From positions 372,001-436,000 of the forward strand of contig JAMDHS010000001.1 of the NCBI GenBank assembly GCA_029717555.1: a stretch of 64,000 nt of DNA, read 5' to 3'. The translations under genes were made by a program, and so were the position numbers. Below are positions 1-18,941 of the stretch, piece by piece. Numbering within the stretch: the first letter of the stretch is position 1; each line of letters starts with the position of its first letter. The stretch is from Peribolospora baueri. Lineage: Eukaryota. The notes beneath the pieces are model-generated. The model saw only the letters and a list, made by a program, of their open reading frames with translations. It was not told where the DNA came from and ran no database searches.

Positions 1-118
1 TCGGATCAGAGACGGTCACGGAAGGGTGGACAGCGGCTGAAAGAGACAGACACGCAAAATCGGCTGTCAGGGGCGTGTCAGGCTGGAGAGGAGGAGAAAG
101 TGCGGCTGGGATGGCCAT
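1..118 (-). CDS. Possible 5' end of a gene running off the window (MAIPAALSPPLQPDTP...)
   Basis: ATG at 118 on the minus strand with an open frame to the window edge, divergent from SMC3. No recognisable domain. Confidence 0.3.
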   Translation of the reverse strand, partial: MAIPAALSPPLQPDTPLTADFACLSLSAAVHPSVTVSDP

Positions 119-615
119 GGTGACGAGGGTGGTTCGCGGTGGTAGAGGATGGTGCGAGGAAAGGGGTCAATGCTATAAGGAGCGTAGAAGGTCACGTCAG
201 GTCAATGTGACAATGGAGACAAAGGAAGGAGATGGAGGAAAAAGAGAAGGGCGAAGGGAGAAGGACGAAGGAAGGAGATGTCGGTTGTTCCAACTCGAAT
301 ATAGGTTGCGGCCAAGGAATGTGAGGCTGGTCGCGTGAGTGCGCATGCGGGCTGCAAATGCGCTGGCGGCGCAGGCGTACGAACCACGAAAGCGCCTAGG
401 AGACGTCCAAATGGAGGTAAAAAGCTATCAGCGAGATGGAATGCCCCTTGAAGAAACAAATGGTAGGGGCACCCAGGCCCTCTCGAGCTGCTCACGGCGA
501 TGCGCACGACAATATGAGTTGGCGGACCTGATCTGATCGGAAGATGAAACACGAACCTGGCTCTTGTCGCTACGCCGGCCGCCTATGTCCGACATGTCCG
601 AACGCCTCCGGTTTG

Positions 616-652
616 GACGCGAGGCGCGTCTCGCGCCGCGTAAACTCGCGTT
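616..652. promoter_or_regulatory. Cluster of MCB-like CGCG elements upstream of SMC3
   Basis: ggACGCGaggCGCGTctCGCGcCGCGTaaactCGCGTt lies ~75-110 bp before the SMC3 ATG. Fungal cohesin genes are typical MBF (G1/S) targets. Confidence 0.5.
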
Positions 653-726
653 CCGTCTCGGCGCTCGACATCCGTTCCCCTTCTGCCTCGACGACGACCT
701 CCAGAGGGCAACAGCTCTTCGCAGCC

Positions 727-6014
<5,288 letters not shown>

Positions 6015-6314
6015 AGAGAAACTCGTTCTTTCTCCGCGTCGACGTTCCTTTTCCTCAGTATACCCATCCCACCGTGTCCATACATATGTACCATTAGTCG
6101 GCATAGCGCCTGCGTGTTGTGCGATCGCCGCGCTATTCGCGGACGTGCATGTATTGAGATTTGTCGTACAGAATCCTATTGCCCGCCACGGCCGGAAAAA
6201 GTGGTGGACGTGCCGCAGCAATTCCTCCTGCCCGCGGATGGAAGCTTGTTCTTCTCGCCGTCGGATGTTTGGCTCCTTATCTCGTCTTCCCAACGTGGAC
6301 AAGCGTTTCTGGGA

Positions 6315-9300
6315 ATGCCAAAAGGAAGAGTGAGTATGCTAAAGGTGAAACACAGGGGCTGTGTACATTGCTGACGGTATCGAGCCCCCTGCCGTCCAGA
6401 AACCAGCGCGCGGGGGCCGTGGGCGTGGGGGAAACGTGGGGGGCCAAGAGCGTCAGGACCATCGGCGGCCTGAAGGCTGGTCTTCGGTCGATCAGCACAA
6501 CGCCAGGTTCGAGAAGTATTACAAGGTGAGCATAGTGGTGAGGGGAATTGAGCCCTAGTGGCTTCTTCTATGAGATTGCGTTTTGCTGATCGCTGCACAA
6601 CTGCCTTGCCTCTGCACTTCTACTCTCTCAGGCCCAGAACATCGTCCCTGACGACGAGTGGCAGTCTATGGTGGATGCCTTTCGCGACCCCCTTCCGACG
6701 ACATTTCGGATTACAGGAGGCCGTAAAGACAGCCAGACCATGGTACAGACAATCCAGAAGGAATACGTCCCCTTCTTGTCCGGACTCGAGTTTGATGGCC
6801 AAAAGATCGATCCGCCAAAGCAGCTGCCATGGTGCGTGGCCAAAATTTTTGGTTCGAAGTCGATACTGGTTCCGTTTTTACTCGTCCAAGATCTCTGAAC
6901 GACGCCCTCTGGCAAACTCGCTATTGACCGATGCCCCAGGTATCCCGACGGCCTGGGCTGGCAGCTGAACGTCCGTAAGACCACGATTCGGAAGTTGCCC
7001 CAGTTCCGCAAGTTCCAGAACTTCCTGGTCTACGAGACCGAAGCGGGCAACATCTCCCGCCAGGAAGCTGTCAGCATGATCCCTCCTCTCTTCTTGGACG
7101 TCGAACCCCACCACTACGTTATGGACATGTGCGCTGCCCCAGGATCGAAGACGGCGCAGCTCGTTGAGGCTCTCCATACCGAGGTCGGACGGCACCATCC
7201 TGCGAACGGACCGACCGATCCCGGCTCGGTCGCCCGTTATAACGTCTTGCCGACGGGTCTGATCATGGCAAATGACAGCGACTCCAAGCGCGCACACATG
7301 CTTGTCCACCAGTCCGCTCGTCTGCCCACTCCTAACATTATGGTGACCAACTATGATGCGAGCCAGTTTCCAAATCTGTACAGGATGAGCGACGACGGCT
7401 CCCGCAAAGTGAAGCTTGAGTTTGATCGCATCTTGTGCGACGTTCCGTGCACCGGCGACGGTACGCTCCGGAAGAACTTCACCATTTGGAAAGATTGGAC
7501 CGTGGCGGACGGATGTGGCTTGCATGGGTGAGTACCATTCATCCTCGACTCTTCTCACGTACGAGAGCCTCACACTCATGGTGCCTTCTCGCACCACAGC
7601 CTGCAATTCCGTATTCTCGAGCGAGCGATCAACCTCCTCAAGCCCGGCGGTCGGTTGGTATACTCGACTTGTTCTTTGAATCCCGTAGAAAATGAAGCGG
7701 TGGTGTCAGCAGCGCTTCGCGCACATCCCGGTGAGCACGAACCTCGATTCTTTATGGCCGCGGCAAATTTCTGACCCGTTCAAATTTGCAAATCCGGCTG
7801 TTTTAGAAATGAAGCTCGTGGACGTGAAGGACCGTCTTCCTGAGCTCATCCGCCGCGCCGGTATGACGACTTGGAAAGTCGCTCATGGCAAGGGGAGAAA
7901 GAGCCAAGACGACGACGAGATCACCTTCTACGAGAGTTACGAAGACCTGCGCAACAAGCAGCCAAGTCTTCTCGGCAAATCTTACAAGAGCATGTGGCCG
8001 CAAGGCGACGAAGAGAGTCTTGGCATCGCACAATGGTCAGCACTCGAGACGCAGTCTGTCATAAGCCTCTTCTGTCCGCGTATCCTGACCACAGTTTTTT
8101 TTATTCGCAGTGTTCGTGTCTATCCTCACCTCCAAGATACTGGCGGTTTCTTTATCGCCGTTCTGGAAAAGACAACGGAAGGACTTTCGACGGCGAGCGT
8201 CCCCGTCACGCAAGCGCAGGAAGCTGTGGAATTCGTCACCGAGACCGCGCTCCCCGCAAACGCTGACGCGACCTCTGCGCCCTCGAAGAGGTCTGCAGAT
8301 AATGCCGAGCTGGATAGCCCAGAATGCACCTCCAAGCGGGCTAAGCATGATGAGGACTCTAGTGCAAAGAAGGACGCGGACGACACCGGCATGGCAGGCG
8401 GCTTCCCGTACCGCGAGGACCCGTTCACATACGTCGACCCGAACCACGAGCAGGTCCAAAACATGCTGTGAGTCTCACGTAATGTTCGTTTCAACCGTCC
8501 TTTCTCACGTTTAACGGCATTTCTTTTCACGGACAGGGAATGGTTCGGCTTCCGCTCCGATTTCCCGCACGACCGACTACTCGTCCGCAACGAAGATGGC
8601 GAGCCCATTCGTTCAGTCTATCTCACGTCTTCGTCCGTGCACTCCATCCTGTCGGCCAATCACTACGCCCGCATGCGTCTCATCAATTGCGGCGTCAAGG
8701 TGTTCGCGCGTCAGGACTCGGGCAAGAGCGGGGAGTACGTCTGCAAATGGCGCGAGCTGCACGACGGCATGGCGGTTTTGAGGCCTTTTATGAATGACAA
8801 CGGGAAGAGAATTGTCAAGGGCAATCTCGCCGTCCTAAAGTTCCTGTTGGAGCACAACGGACCTCTCTTGGACAGCGTGCCAGAGTCGTTTGGAGACAAG
8901 CTGAAGAATGAAGGTGGGCTGTTCGGCGGGCGTTGGCATCCTATTTGAAGGAGAACCGGATCTGACTCGTTCCTTCGTCTCCAGCGCCCGGCAGCTACGT
9001 GATGGACGTCGAGGCCGACGGTCAGGAGGTTGACGGAGTCAAGTGAGCATCTTTGGCAGCTCTGACATGTTTTACAGGCGGACGTTGTGTTTCGACCGTT
9101 GGGATCCGAACGGCTCACGCTTTATGCCCGTGCACAGGCTCGAACATCCTGTCTCATACCCGCTCTGGCGCGCGAACAACTCGTGCAACCTGATGCTGGA
9201 CAAGAACGAGAAAAAGTGAGAAATGGCCGTAGTGCAAGCTTTTTTTTATCGGACAACTCCTGACGTGACATCTCTACGCCACTTCGATCGCCCTCTTTTC

Positions 9301-9519
9301 CGGTCCACAAACAGGTCTCTGTCTCTACGCCTGTTCGGCAAAGACATCACCACGCCGCCTGCAAAGGGCAACGGGCCGACCAAGCAGCAGAACGCGTCTG
9401 AGTCGGAACCGACTCCTTCCGCCACGCGCGAGGTCTCCTCCGCACCTACGGCGACGGCCGCGGCGACGACGCCGGAAGTCGTCGAAGAGGACGGCGCGGC
9501 GGCGGACAGTCAAGCTTAA
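6315..9519 (+). CDS. NCL1: tRNA (cytosine-5)-methyltransferase, NCL1/TRM4/NSUN2 family (multi-exon)
   Basis: [80 protein letters not shown]. Start inferred at MPKGR followed by a GTGAGT donor. Confidence 0.93.
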
Positions 9520-9946
9520 GTGGTTCTATCGACTCGGTAGGCTGGACGCATGTAAAATAGAAAACGCTTTCGTCGTGCCGATCGATCTAGAACTGGTTTG
9601 CCCTCGCTCGCACCCGATCGATGCGCCGCGATGAGGACCCGCCTGGCTCCTCCCTATTTAGCGCCGTCAGGAGTCAGGAGGGAGCCCCGGTCGGTGAGCG
9701 GGGAGGGGAGCGTGCCCCGAACCTGTCTGTCTCTCCGTTCTCGCCGACCGTCGTTCCCGGCCGACAATGGCGACGGCCTCATGGCTTGACTTGACGCCCG
9801 TCTCAGAGAGAGGTGGACAGTGGCCGGTCCGGGCTTGACTTCTACTTAAAGACCGGTTCGATGATCACATCACGCCCGTTTGTATTTGTGCGGGGCCCCA
9901 GACTTGGTTGTCTACAAAGTTATTTTGCACGGAAATCTGTCAGCCA

Positions 9947-9971
9947 GTCGGGTCGGGTCGGGTCGGGTCGG
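9947..9971. repeat. (GTCGG)5 microsatellite
   Basis: Direct tandem repeat in the NCL1/PARN intergenic region. Confidence 0.85.
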
Positions 9972-10455
9972 CCGCGGGGATGGGATGACAGGCGGAGGAA
10001 AAGGAAATGCTCGGTGTGGAGGGGTGGGGCACGTGTTGGAAGAGGATGGGACTGCTATCGCTCGCTCGCTCTCATCTCACACGCCCAAGGAGATGTATGG
10101 ATGGATGTCCAACAAGAGGGCGAACGGGCACATCAAGCAGGCTTCAGAAACGCGCGAACAGGACAGGACAATGACGGAGTGGAGTGGAGCGCAGATCGCA
10201 AGCGGCCTGCGGGCTTATTTTCCGTCGCAATGGCAATGCCGTATCGTATGCCCATGCGCGTCGTCAGAGCGAGCGTTCGCGAAAGAGGAAGCGACATAAA
10301 GGCGAGCGGAAGACGGAAGCGGACGCGGAAGGGTATAAAAAGGCAAAGGCATGCAATGCAGACAACCCTGGGGCAGCGCTCAGAGAGAATCGATGGGGAC
10401 TTTTAGGCCACGGATGCGGGCAGGCGGACCACCGCCACCGCCTCGCGTCGCCTTG

Positions 10456-12323
10456 TCACGACGCGGAGGAGAGGTCGAGGAAGTCTTCCTTCGTGCCACC
10501 CATGCTCAGCTTTCCTCTCCAATCCTCACGCTGCAATGCCTCCCGCACGACTGAACGAAAAAAAAAAAAACATCAACAAAAAAATCCAACATCGCGTTCG
10601 ACGACGAAACAGCTAGCTCACCTTCTTCGTCCGGCCCTTGGTCGGATCGGCGGCCGATCGCTGCGAGGGCGATGAAGACGCGGGCGGTGGCCAAGGCATC
10701 GTACCCGGCTTCGTGTTCGTAGGTGAAGCTACCGGGTCGGACTTGTTCTGGGTCTGGAGAAAAAAAGTGGTGGGGTCAGGGACTCGCTTAAGACGAAGTC
10801 GAATCGGGACACTCACATTTGTTAAATCCCTTCTCGAATTCGATTCTCGGTCCTCCCTCCTTCTGAGACGTCCATCGAACGAGCGAGCCTAGGTCGGTGT
10901 TCCTAAGAGACAAAAGGTCGCTTTTGTCGACGGCGCCGGAGCTGGCGGTGGCGATCGACTTGGCAATGTACTTGCTGTCAAAGATGGGCGAGAACTCGTT
11001 GGTGACGGCCCGGCGGAAGGCGGAGAGGTCGTCGGCGAGGGGCGAAAAGAACTGGTGGTAGATGTAGTCCAGGTCGGCAAAGACGTTGTGTCCGACGACG
11101 GGGACGCCGGAGGCGGCGAGGCGGTCGAAGAAGGAGCGTGCGCCGACGCCTCGCGCGAGGATCCTCTGCAGGACGACGGCGCCGGACGGAGCGGAGCGGG
11201 TTCACGGCCATGAAGGAGCACGCAGGTGAGAGAGGGACGGGTTGGAAACTCACATCAAACTCGTCGGCCCTTCGTTTGGCGTCGAGGTCATTGTTCTTCT
11301 GATCTGCGGGCCAAAGCTGGATGAAGCCGTTCTTGCCGACGGCGACCAACCGGTCGGCAAAAGTCTGGCGAACGGTTTGGTATATCTGGGGGGGGGAAGG
11401 GTATATATATCCTATTTTATGTATCATAATTTTATATAAATAATACTGAGAGGGGCTCACTCACCAACCGTCGCTGGTACGCATTCTGCGTCGCAACGTT
11501 CAAGAACGGAAACTCGGGGTTCGGGTCGTCAAGGAAGGCTCGAATGTCGGCTAGGGCGGCGTCGAGGAAGAGGCTTCCTGCGTCGTCGACGTCGATGAGG
11601 TCGTGCGATAGCCCGAGGTCGTTCGACGGGCTTGGTCTTGCTTTATGGAGGCCTCTTCTTGGCGGGAGAGATAGGGTATGCCTGATGAACACACGGGGAA
11701 GACAAAAGCTGGGCTGAGTGTCCGGGGAGGGAAGAAATAAATCGAGGGTGAGGAGGGACGGATCGCACCTGCTGCAAAGACAGAAGTAAGGTTGAAGCCA
11801 GATGCGACGAGAAACTCGAGTGCGGAGGCTTGGAAGACGACGTCCCTTTCGAGCCTGAGGGAGGGGTCGATGACGGGGGAGATGTTGAGGTTGAACGTGC
11901 GGGCGACGTATGAGGAGGCTAGGAGGAAAGAGAAAAAGAGGAGGAGGGGAGGCTGGGAAGGGATGACTGAGTGCGGTTGGGGGACAGGGCTCGTCCGTGA
12001 CGGGCCGCGGGTCGGTGGTCCATCGGCGCTCGAGCACGAGCCTCACCAGGCGATGGGTCCTTGGCGCGGCTGACGACGCAGAAGCCGACCTGGATGACGG
12101 CGTACTTGGCGGCGAGCGCCTTGAGCTCCCGGTACCTGTCGTCGAGCGTGTGTTTTGCCGACGGCGTGGGAGTGGAGCTGGAGGGCGGAGGAGGAGCGGG
12201 GGGGAAGCGAGGGCGAATGCCGGAGAGCTCGGTGTCGATGGCGCAGAAGAGGGTGCGAGGGTCGTTGAGGGAGGCAGTGAAGAGGTTGAGGGAGGTGTCG
12301 AAGGTGTTTCGGTAGACATCCAT
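10456..12323 (-). CDS. PARN-like CAF1-family DEDD 3'-5' ribonuclease (multi-exon)
   Basis: AIDTELSG (Exo I), YAVIQVGFC, VVGHNVFADL (Exo II), FDSKYIA, and EHEAGYDAL (Exo III, ~10695-10718). Last exon ends ...DFLDLSSAS* at TGA 10456-10458. Confidence 0.85.
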
Positions 12324-12495
12324 CGTGTATGGAGGAGGATAAGGTTGGGAAGGAGGTGTGAGTACTGTGTTCGGTAGGATATGGATATGGACATGGATGG
12401 ACGTCTTATGCGGACCCGATCGATCGCGTTCCTGGCGCGCTTATCCGTCCGCCCTCCTCCGTCCATGCATCCAAAGAGGCCGCTAGATGTACATA

Positions 12496-13116
12496 CAGTC
12501 AACCCTGTCCATAAGCATACAGGTTGTCTTGCCCGAGGGCTATGCAGTATGCGAGAGGGTGACCACAACAGAGGGGTCTATGCATATTTGCAGCAGTCCT
12601 TGCCACAGTCGATAGCGCCCATCAAGACATTTACTATAGAGTATGTACTCGTCATAGCACAACTATGTTCAAGAAGAAGCGTGTGCAGAGGCGAATTGTC
12701 GAAGATCGGTTTGTTTACGCTGCTCGTTGACATGTTCTTCGAAAGAGATGGTGAAACGCGGACAAGCACCCACGCGTAGTAATGTTAGAACTGGCGGTGG
12801 ATGGACGAAAGTGGACGTTACTGGTGCGTTATTGTTTCAGCCGCGTAACCACGGTGCTCGGCGTCGCCAATCTCCAACACCCACGAGGATGCACGTGATC
12901 CTCAACCCTAACTATGCATGCCGAGGGGGCATAGCTGGTGAGGACGGGGACCGGTGTCAGTGCTATGCAATATGCGGGTATGTTAGTATGCATATAGAAC
13001 GTGTTTTGGCTGGGATTAGTCAATTTTTGGCTGGGGAGCAAACGGGAAAGAGAGATCGCTATGCATTATGCGAAGGCATGCCTAGGGACCCGTATGCTAA
13101 CAGACAGGGTTGACTG
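12496..13116. mobile_element. Non-autonomous Tc1/mariner-superfamily (pogo/Tigger-like) MITE, 621 bp
   Basis: TIRs CAGTCAACCCTGTC(cata)AGCATAC and GTATGCT(aaca)GACAGGGTTGACTG; 14 bp perfect, 22/25 overall. TA on both flanks. Internal TATGCANTATGCG repeats near 12541, 12965 and 13060. No transposase ORF. Confidence 0.88.
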
Positions 13117-13204
13117 TAGATGGTATTGCGTCTCACGACGACCGCCGGCCGAACGAACCTCGGCCAGCGTGATCGTGTGGCCGGGAGCGGCGGTCAAGTG
13201 GCAG

Positions 13205-13227
13205 GACTGACTGACTGACTGACTGAC
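13205..13227. repeat. (GACT)n microsatellite
   Basis: gactgactgactgactgactgac. Confidence 0.8.
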
Positions 13228-14892
13228 AGACTCACGTCTGACACAACGTCGATCGCTTGCTCTCTCCTTGCTTGGTTCATCATGGAGCCCGTCGAGGCCG
13301 TGGAGAGCAGCGCCGCCGGTCCACCACTCATCTCTCCCTCCCTCGACGCCCATCGTCCTCGCCGTCGTACGCCTAGCGCAGGCCGGGCGAGGCGAGGCGC
13401 GTGGTGGCGGTGCCGGCCACGCTCGCGTGTCGCTTATTCATCCATCCAGCCACTGGCTGCCAGCCGCTGTCGAGGCCCGGGCCGGCTGCCGGCTGCTTTC
13501 CGTCGGCCTCGACGGCCGTTGGCGATGGCGATGGCGATGGCTGGCACGCGTCGGCCTACGTACGCTAGACTAGAGGTTGAGTGATGGTCGTCGTACATAC
13601 CGTATGTTCGCGTTCAGTCAATAGCTGCTCTAGCTCCCTTCGTCCATCAAACACCCCTTCCGACCCCCACCGCACTATAGCCAGCTCGACGCTCGCTTCG
13701 TCGCCGCCGAGAGAGCAGCCGCAGCAACATAATCGAAGCGCCCGGCGCAGGCTTGCAGGACATCGACGGACGGCCGGCGTGCATGTGAGACGAGCGGAAC
13801 GAGGCCACCGTTTTTGTTTTGGTAGGCTGGCTGGTTGGCAAACGGCCGATTGAGGAGGGCGATCGTCCATTCTGCCATCTGCCGTCCATCTATCCATCCA
13901 CCACTCCCTCCATCCATCCCTCCTTAGGTCGGCCGTCCACCGCACACCGGCGCTCTGCGGCACGCCGCGGCAGCTTCCGACGGGCGTAGTCAAGTCATGT
14001 ATTACATGCGCCTGTAAATGAGACGAGCAGAAGGAGCGGAAAAAAAATGTGGGCCTTGCCCTGCCCTGGCTGTCGGTTAGCCGACGACGGCAGCGACGGA
14101 GCGACGGAGAGTTGATTCGAGTTGTCCAAGGCTGAGTGAGCTGAGCTGAGCTAACGGTTGTTGTCGTTGTCGTCGTCGTTGTCGTCCGCGCTGCGCTGCG
14201 CTCGCTCGCCAGCCGCTGGCCGAGGCGCCCGCCGTCACCCGTCGCCCGTCGCACCGCCTCAGGAAAAAAAAAGCGTGTGCTGCGCGCCGCCTCTCACCAC
14301 CACCACCACCATCATCATCATCACCGCATCCCCTTTCTCCCTCCATTATCACCCCCCCCTCCTCCCCCGTTGCTTCCCCCTCCCGCTTCTTGCCCCATCC
14401 CAGCCGCGGATACTTCTCTTGTCCTTATAGCCCAAGCCCAACCCCAAATCATCGCATCGCCTCCGCCTCCGCCGCACCGCGCGCGACACGCGTCGGTTAA
14501 GTCCATTCGTCCGCACATCCGTAACTGCATCCTTCCCTTCCACAGCCTCCTCACTCAGTCCACCGCCGCCCACTGCCCCTCGTCGTCGTCGTCGAAACCG
14601 CTGGATCACAAAAAAAGTCAACAGACCGATTCTCATCCCTCCTCTTCGTTCCTTCGTTCCTCCTTCCTTCGTCCCTCCTCCTTCCTCCTTCCTCCTCCCT
14701 CCTCCCCCGTCTTTTCTTCCCTCGCCGGCCCCCGTCCCGTGCCTTACCGCCGTCATCTCGTCGCCTCCCTGCCCTGCTCGTTCGTTATTCACGCCTCACT
14801 GCACCAGTCGCCCTGCCTCTTTCGGCACACCTCCACTCCCTCCGTTCCTCATCGCCGACCGTAGTCCATCTCAGAAAGCTCCTCCACTGCCC

Positions 14893-17800
14893 ATGAGCTA
14901 CCACGGCCAGCACGGGCCCTCCAGCGGCGACATGGTGAGTCCAAGTCCGCCTTGTGTCCTCTTCTCTCTCATCGCCCGTCTCCATATGCAGAATCCGGTG
15001 GCTAGAAACGGAAGCGCACCCGTCGCCGTCCGCTCACCCGCACCCCCTCGTCCTCTCTCCCCTCCCGTCGTCGCAGGGGTACCATGACCCCCTCCGGACT
15101 AACTCCGACCACGGCCTTCAACCCGAAGCGCGCGACTATTCCCAGAACCCATTCTACGACGGCCAACCTGGCAACCCTTCCAACGCCTCCTTCGCTCCCT
15201 CTTACGGCGCCGGAGGCAACGTCGGCGCGTACTACGAAGTGGAGGATGACAAGGTCCCCCTGACCAGCGGCGAGCAGGAAAAGTTTGGTTACCAGCCGTG
15301 AGCCGTCCCTCTGCGTAACTCCCCGTCGGCTCTCGTTCCCGCCCTGACAGAGTCTCCGTCCCTCCTCATCGCCTTAGGCCCGCCGTCGATCCCAACTCCT
15401 ACGGCCCCCCTCATACCCACTTTAACAGCCTCCCTCGGGGCGGCGGCCGCGGTGGCTACAATAACCCTGCCTACTCCGTTTCCACCGCCTCCATTCACGA
15501 TTCCGAGGCCACCTCACACGCCGAATGGGCCCGTCGTCAGCGCGCTCCCAAGCGCGGCCTTACCAGAAAGGTCAAGCTCACCAAGGGAAATTGGATCGTC
15601 GAGCACCCCGTGCCGACGGCCGTCAAGAACAGCGTCGAGGCCAAGTGGATCGACGCGAGCAGTGAGTGTGCATTCCCTTCGTCGTCGGTCGGACCCGGAG
15701 GGACGACGGCATCATCAGGTCGGTGGCGCTGAACCGAACGGTCCATATCTCTCCCTCCCAGAGCGTACGACTGAGTTCACCCACATGCGGTACACCGCCG
15801 CCACTTGCGACCCCGACGAGTTCACCGCCGAGAACGGCTGGAGTCTCAGAGCGTCTCAATATGGCAGGGACACTGAGCTCTTGATCGCCATCACGTTCGT
15901 ACTCATCCCTTCCTCGCCTCTTCTTTGCTTGCCCCCCGCTGACGTCCTCGTTTCGCCTCGTCGCTTCCCCCCGCTGACTTCCTCGTTTTGCCTCGACAGC
16001 TACTACAACGAAGACCGTATCCTCCTCGCCCGTACCCTTCACGGCGTCATGCTCAACATTCGCGACATCTGCAAGTCCAAGAGTTCCAAGTTCTGGAGGC
16101 GAAGCGCCGAGGAAGGTCGCCCCGGATGGCAGAGGATCGTAGTTAGCTTGATCTTTGACGGCATCGATCCTTGCGACAAGGAAGTGCTCGACCTCTTGGC
16201 TACCATCGGCATCTACCAAGACGGCATCATGAAGAAGCAAGTCGACGGCAAGGAAACGGTGGCCCACATCTTTGAGTACACCACCCAGCTCTCCGTCGAC
16301 GCCACGCCCGCCCTCGTTCAGCCCCATGGCGACGACCACTCCAACCTCGTGCCTGTCCAGATGATTTTCTGCCTCAAGCAGAGGAACAGCAAGAAGATCA
16401 ACTCGCACAGGTGGCTCTTCAACGCTCTCGGCCGACACCTCCAGCCCGAGGTCTGCATCCTCATCGACGCCGGCACCAAGCCCGGCCACAAATCGCTCTA
16501 CTACCTCTGGGAGGCCTTTTACAACAACGCCAACCTCGGCGGCTCTTGTGGAGAGATTCACGCCATGATCAAGGGCGGAAGGAAGCTCATCAATCGTGAG
16601 TCATTTCGCTTTCTCTCCCGCTGATAATCGCGGAGACTCGCTTGTTGACCTCTCGCGTCGCTGCCTGCCTGGTGTCCTCCCCCAGCCCTGGTGGCCGCCC
16701 AAAACTTTGAGTACAAAATGTCCAACATCCTCGACAAGCCTCTGGAGTCTTCCTTCGGTTACGTCTCCGTGCTTCCCGGCGCTTTCAGCGCGTACAGGTT
16801 CCGCGCCCTCCAGGGCCGTCCTCTGCAGCAGTACTTCCACGGTGATCATACCTTGGCCGACAGGCTCGGCAAGAAGGGACTTCACGGTATGGACATCTTC
16901 ACCAAGAACATGTTCCTTGCCGAGGACCGTATCCTTTGTTTCGAGCTCGTTGCCAAGGCCGGTGCCAAGTGGACTCTGAGCTACGTCAAGCCGAGCAAGG
17001 GCGAGACGGACGTGTGAGTGCATGCTCCGCCTTCCGCGACCAGGGTGGCGACCGTGGCAATGCACTCACTCTTTGCCGCTTCGTCACGCCCAACGTTCTA
17101 CAGCCCAGAAGGCGCGGCCGAACTCATCTCTCAGCGCCGTCGCTGGCTCAACGGCTCTTTCGCCGCGTCCATCTACTCGCTTGTCCACTTCTTCCGCATC
17201 TACAGAAGCGGCCACGGCATCATCCGCCTCTTCTTCTTCCACATTCAGGCTATCTACAACGCTCTCACCCTCATCTTCTCGTGCGTCCCTCCCTCTTTCC
17301 CTTTTTTTTTCGCTCGTAGCTTACTCCCACGCACTCGTTCACGTCGAATCTACCTTCTTTTCCTTCTCGCCTCTGCAGCTGGTTTGCGCTGGCCAACCTG
17401 TGGCTCACGTTCAGCATCGTCATCAACCTCCTACCTTCCGAAAATCACAACGTCTTTGGCAATGCCGTCGTCACTCACGTCAGTACTTGCGTCCATCCGT
17501 TTCGACGAGCGCGCGCCTGGCGCAGGCGCGGTGACCGTGTGCTGAGGCATTTGTCTTGTCGTTTTCGTTCCGCAGTGGGTCAACCTCGCGCTCAAATGGG
17601 TCTACGTCGCCTTTGTCGTTCTGTCCTTTGTCCTCGCCCTAGGCAATCGGCCAAAGGGAGAGAAGGTCACTTATGTGAGCCGCTCTTCTCGCTTTCTTTC
17701 CCGTCCTTTTTCGCTTCTTCCTCTGATCGGCGTGTTTTCGGTCTTCTTTCTGCTCTTCGCTTCCACAGGTACTATCCTTCTGCGTCTTCGCATTCCTCGG

Positions 17801-18941
17801 AGGCTACCTCATCTTCTGCTGTCTCTACTTGACCGTCAAAGCGCTCGAGGGCATCCACTTGACACACCAATCCGTCGGCGCAAACCTCAAGTTGCTCCTC
17901 ACTGGCTCTAACGGCGTCTTGCTGGCCGCCCTGGCAGCGACGTTCGGCATTTATCTTATCGCCTCCATCATGTTTGCCGATCCTTGGCACATGTTCACGA
18001 GCTTCCCCCAATACATGCTTATTGCCCCGTCGTTCACGTGAGTCCTATCCGCTGCCGCCACTCATCCTTTGGCTGGTCACTCAACGGGTTGGATTTACTT
18101 TACTCTCCGCGCGCTCTCGCAGCAACATCCTCAACGTGTACGCCTTCTGCAACCTGCACGACGTCTCTTGGGGTACCAAAGGCAGCGATAAGGCCGACGC
18201 GCTGCCGTCGGTCGATACCAAGAAGCAGGTCGCTGCTGACGGCACGATCGAGGACATTGAACGTGAACAGGCCGATATTGACGAAAACTTCAAGCAAGTC
18301 GTCAGCAGGGCCGTTGCGCCCTACAACCCTCCCGAGACGGTCGAGAAGCCGACGATGGACGACCAAAACAAGACCTTCCGCACCCGTCTCGTCGCCTTCT
18401 GGCTCCTCTCCAACGGGGCGCTCACCGTCGCCATCGAGGTGGGTTGGACTTGATACGATCGAAGGCAGCGTCTATTTACGTTCACGGGCTCACCGAAACG
18501 TCTCCTGCCTCTTCCATTGTCTCTTCCCTCTCGGTGAACCCATCGAACAGAACATCAATGGCTTGAACAGCGGCGAGACACTCACGCAAGAAAACAAAGA
18601 CCTCGCCAACAAGCAGCAGCTCTACTTCAAAGTGCTCTTGTGGACGACGTGAGCGGAATTTCCCCCGTCTGCTACGTAGGCGACTGCGGACCTAAGCTGA
18701 AGCTTATTTCTGTTTCCTTTTCGTCCCTGTCGAACACAGTTTCGGCCTGTCCGCTTTCCGCTTCATCGGTGCCTGCTTCTTCTGGACGAACGTGAGCGGC
18801 CATCCTTCTTACCTTTCCGACGTCGCCGATCTATGGGCATAGGCTCTCGCTTTCCGTACTGACAGACCCTCGTGATCGTCGTTTTATCGTCGTTTCCGCC
18901 CATCACAGCGTCAACTCTTCCGCTGGTGCCGTCGCTCGTAA
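14893..18941 (+). CDS. Chitin synthase, division 1 (class III-like; multi-exon)
   Basis: [81 protein letters not shown]. Ends [10 protein letters not shown]. Confidence 0.95.

Noticed and set aside
9560..10450. Several 130-200 aa ORFs between NCL1 and the PARN-like gene
   Set aside because: Low-complexity, no motifs, overlapping frames; expected by chance at high GC.
13200..14890. Long ORFs upstream of chitin synthase
   Set aside because: Built from microsatellites and pyrimidine tracts; more likely promoter or 5' UTR.
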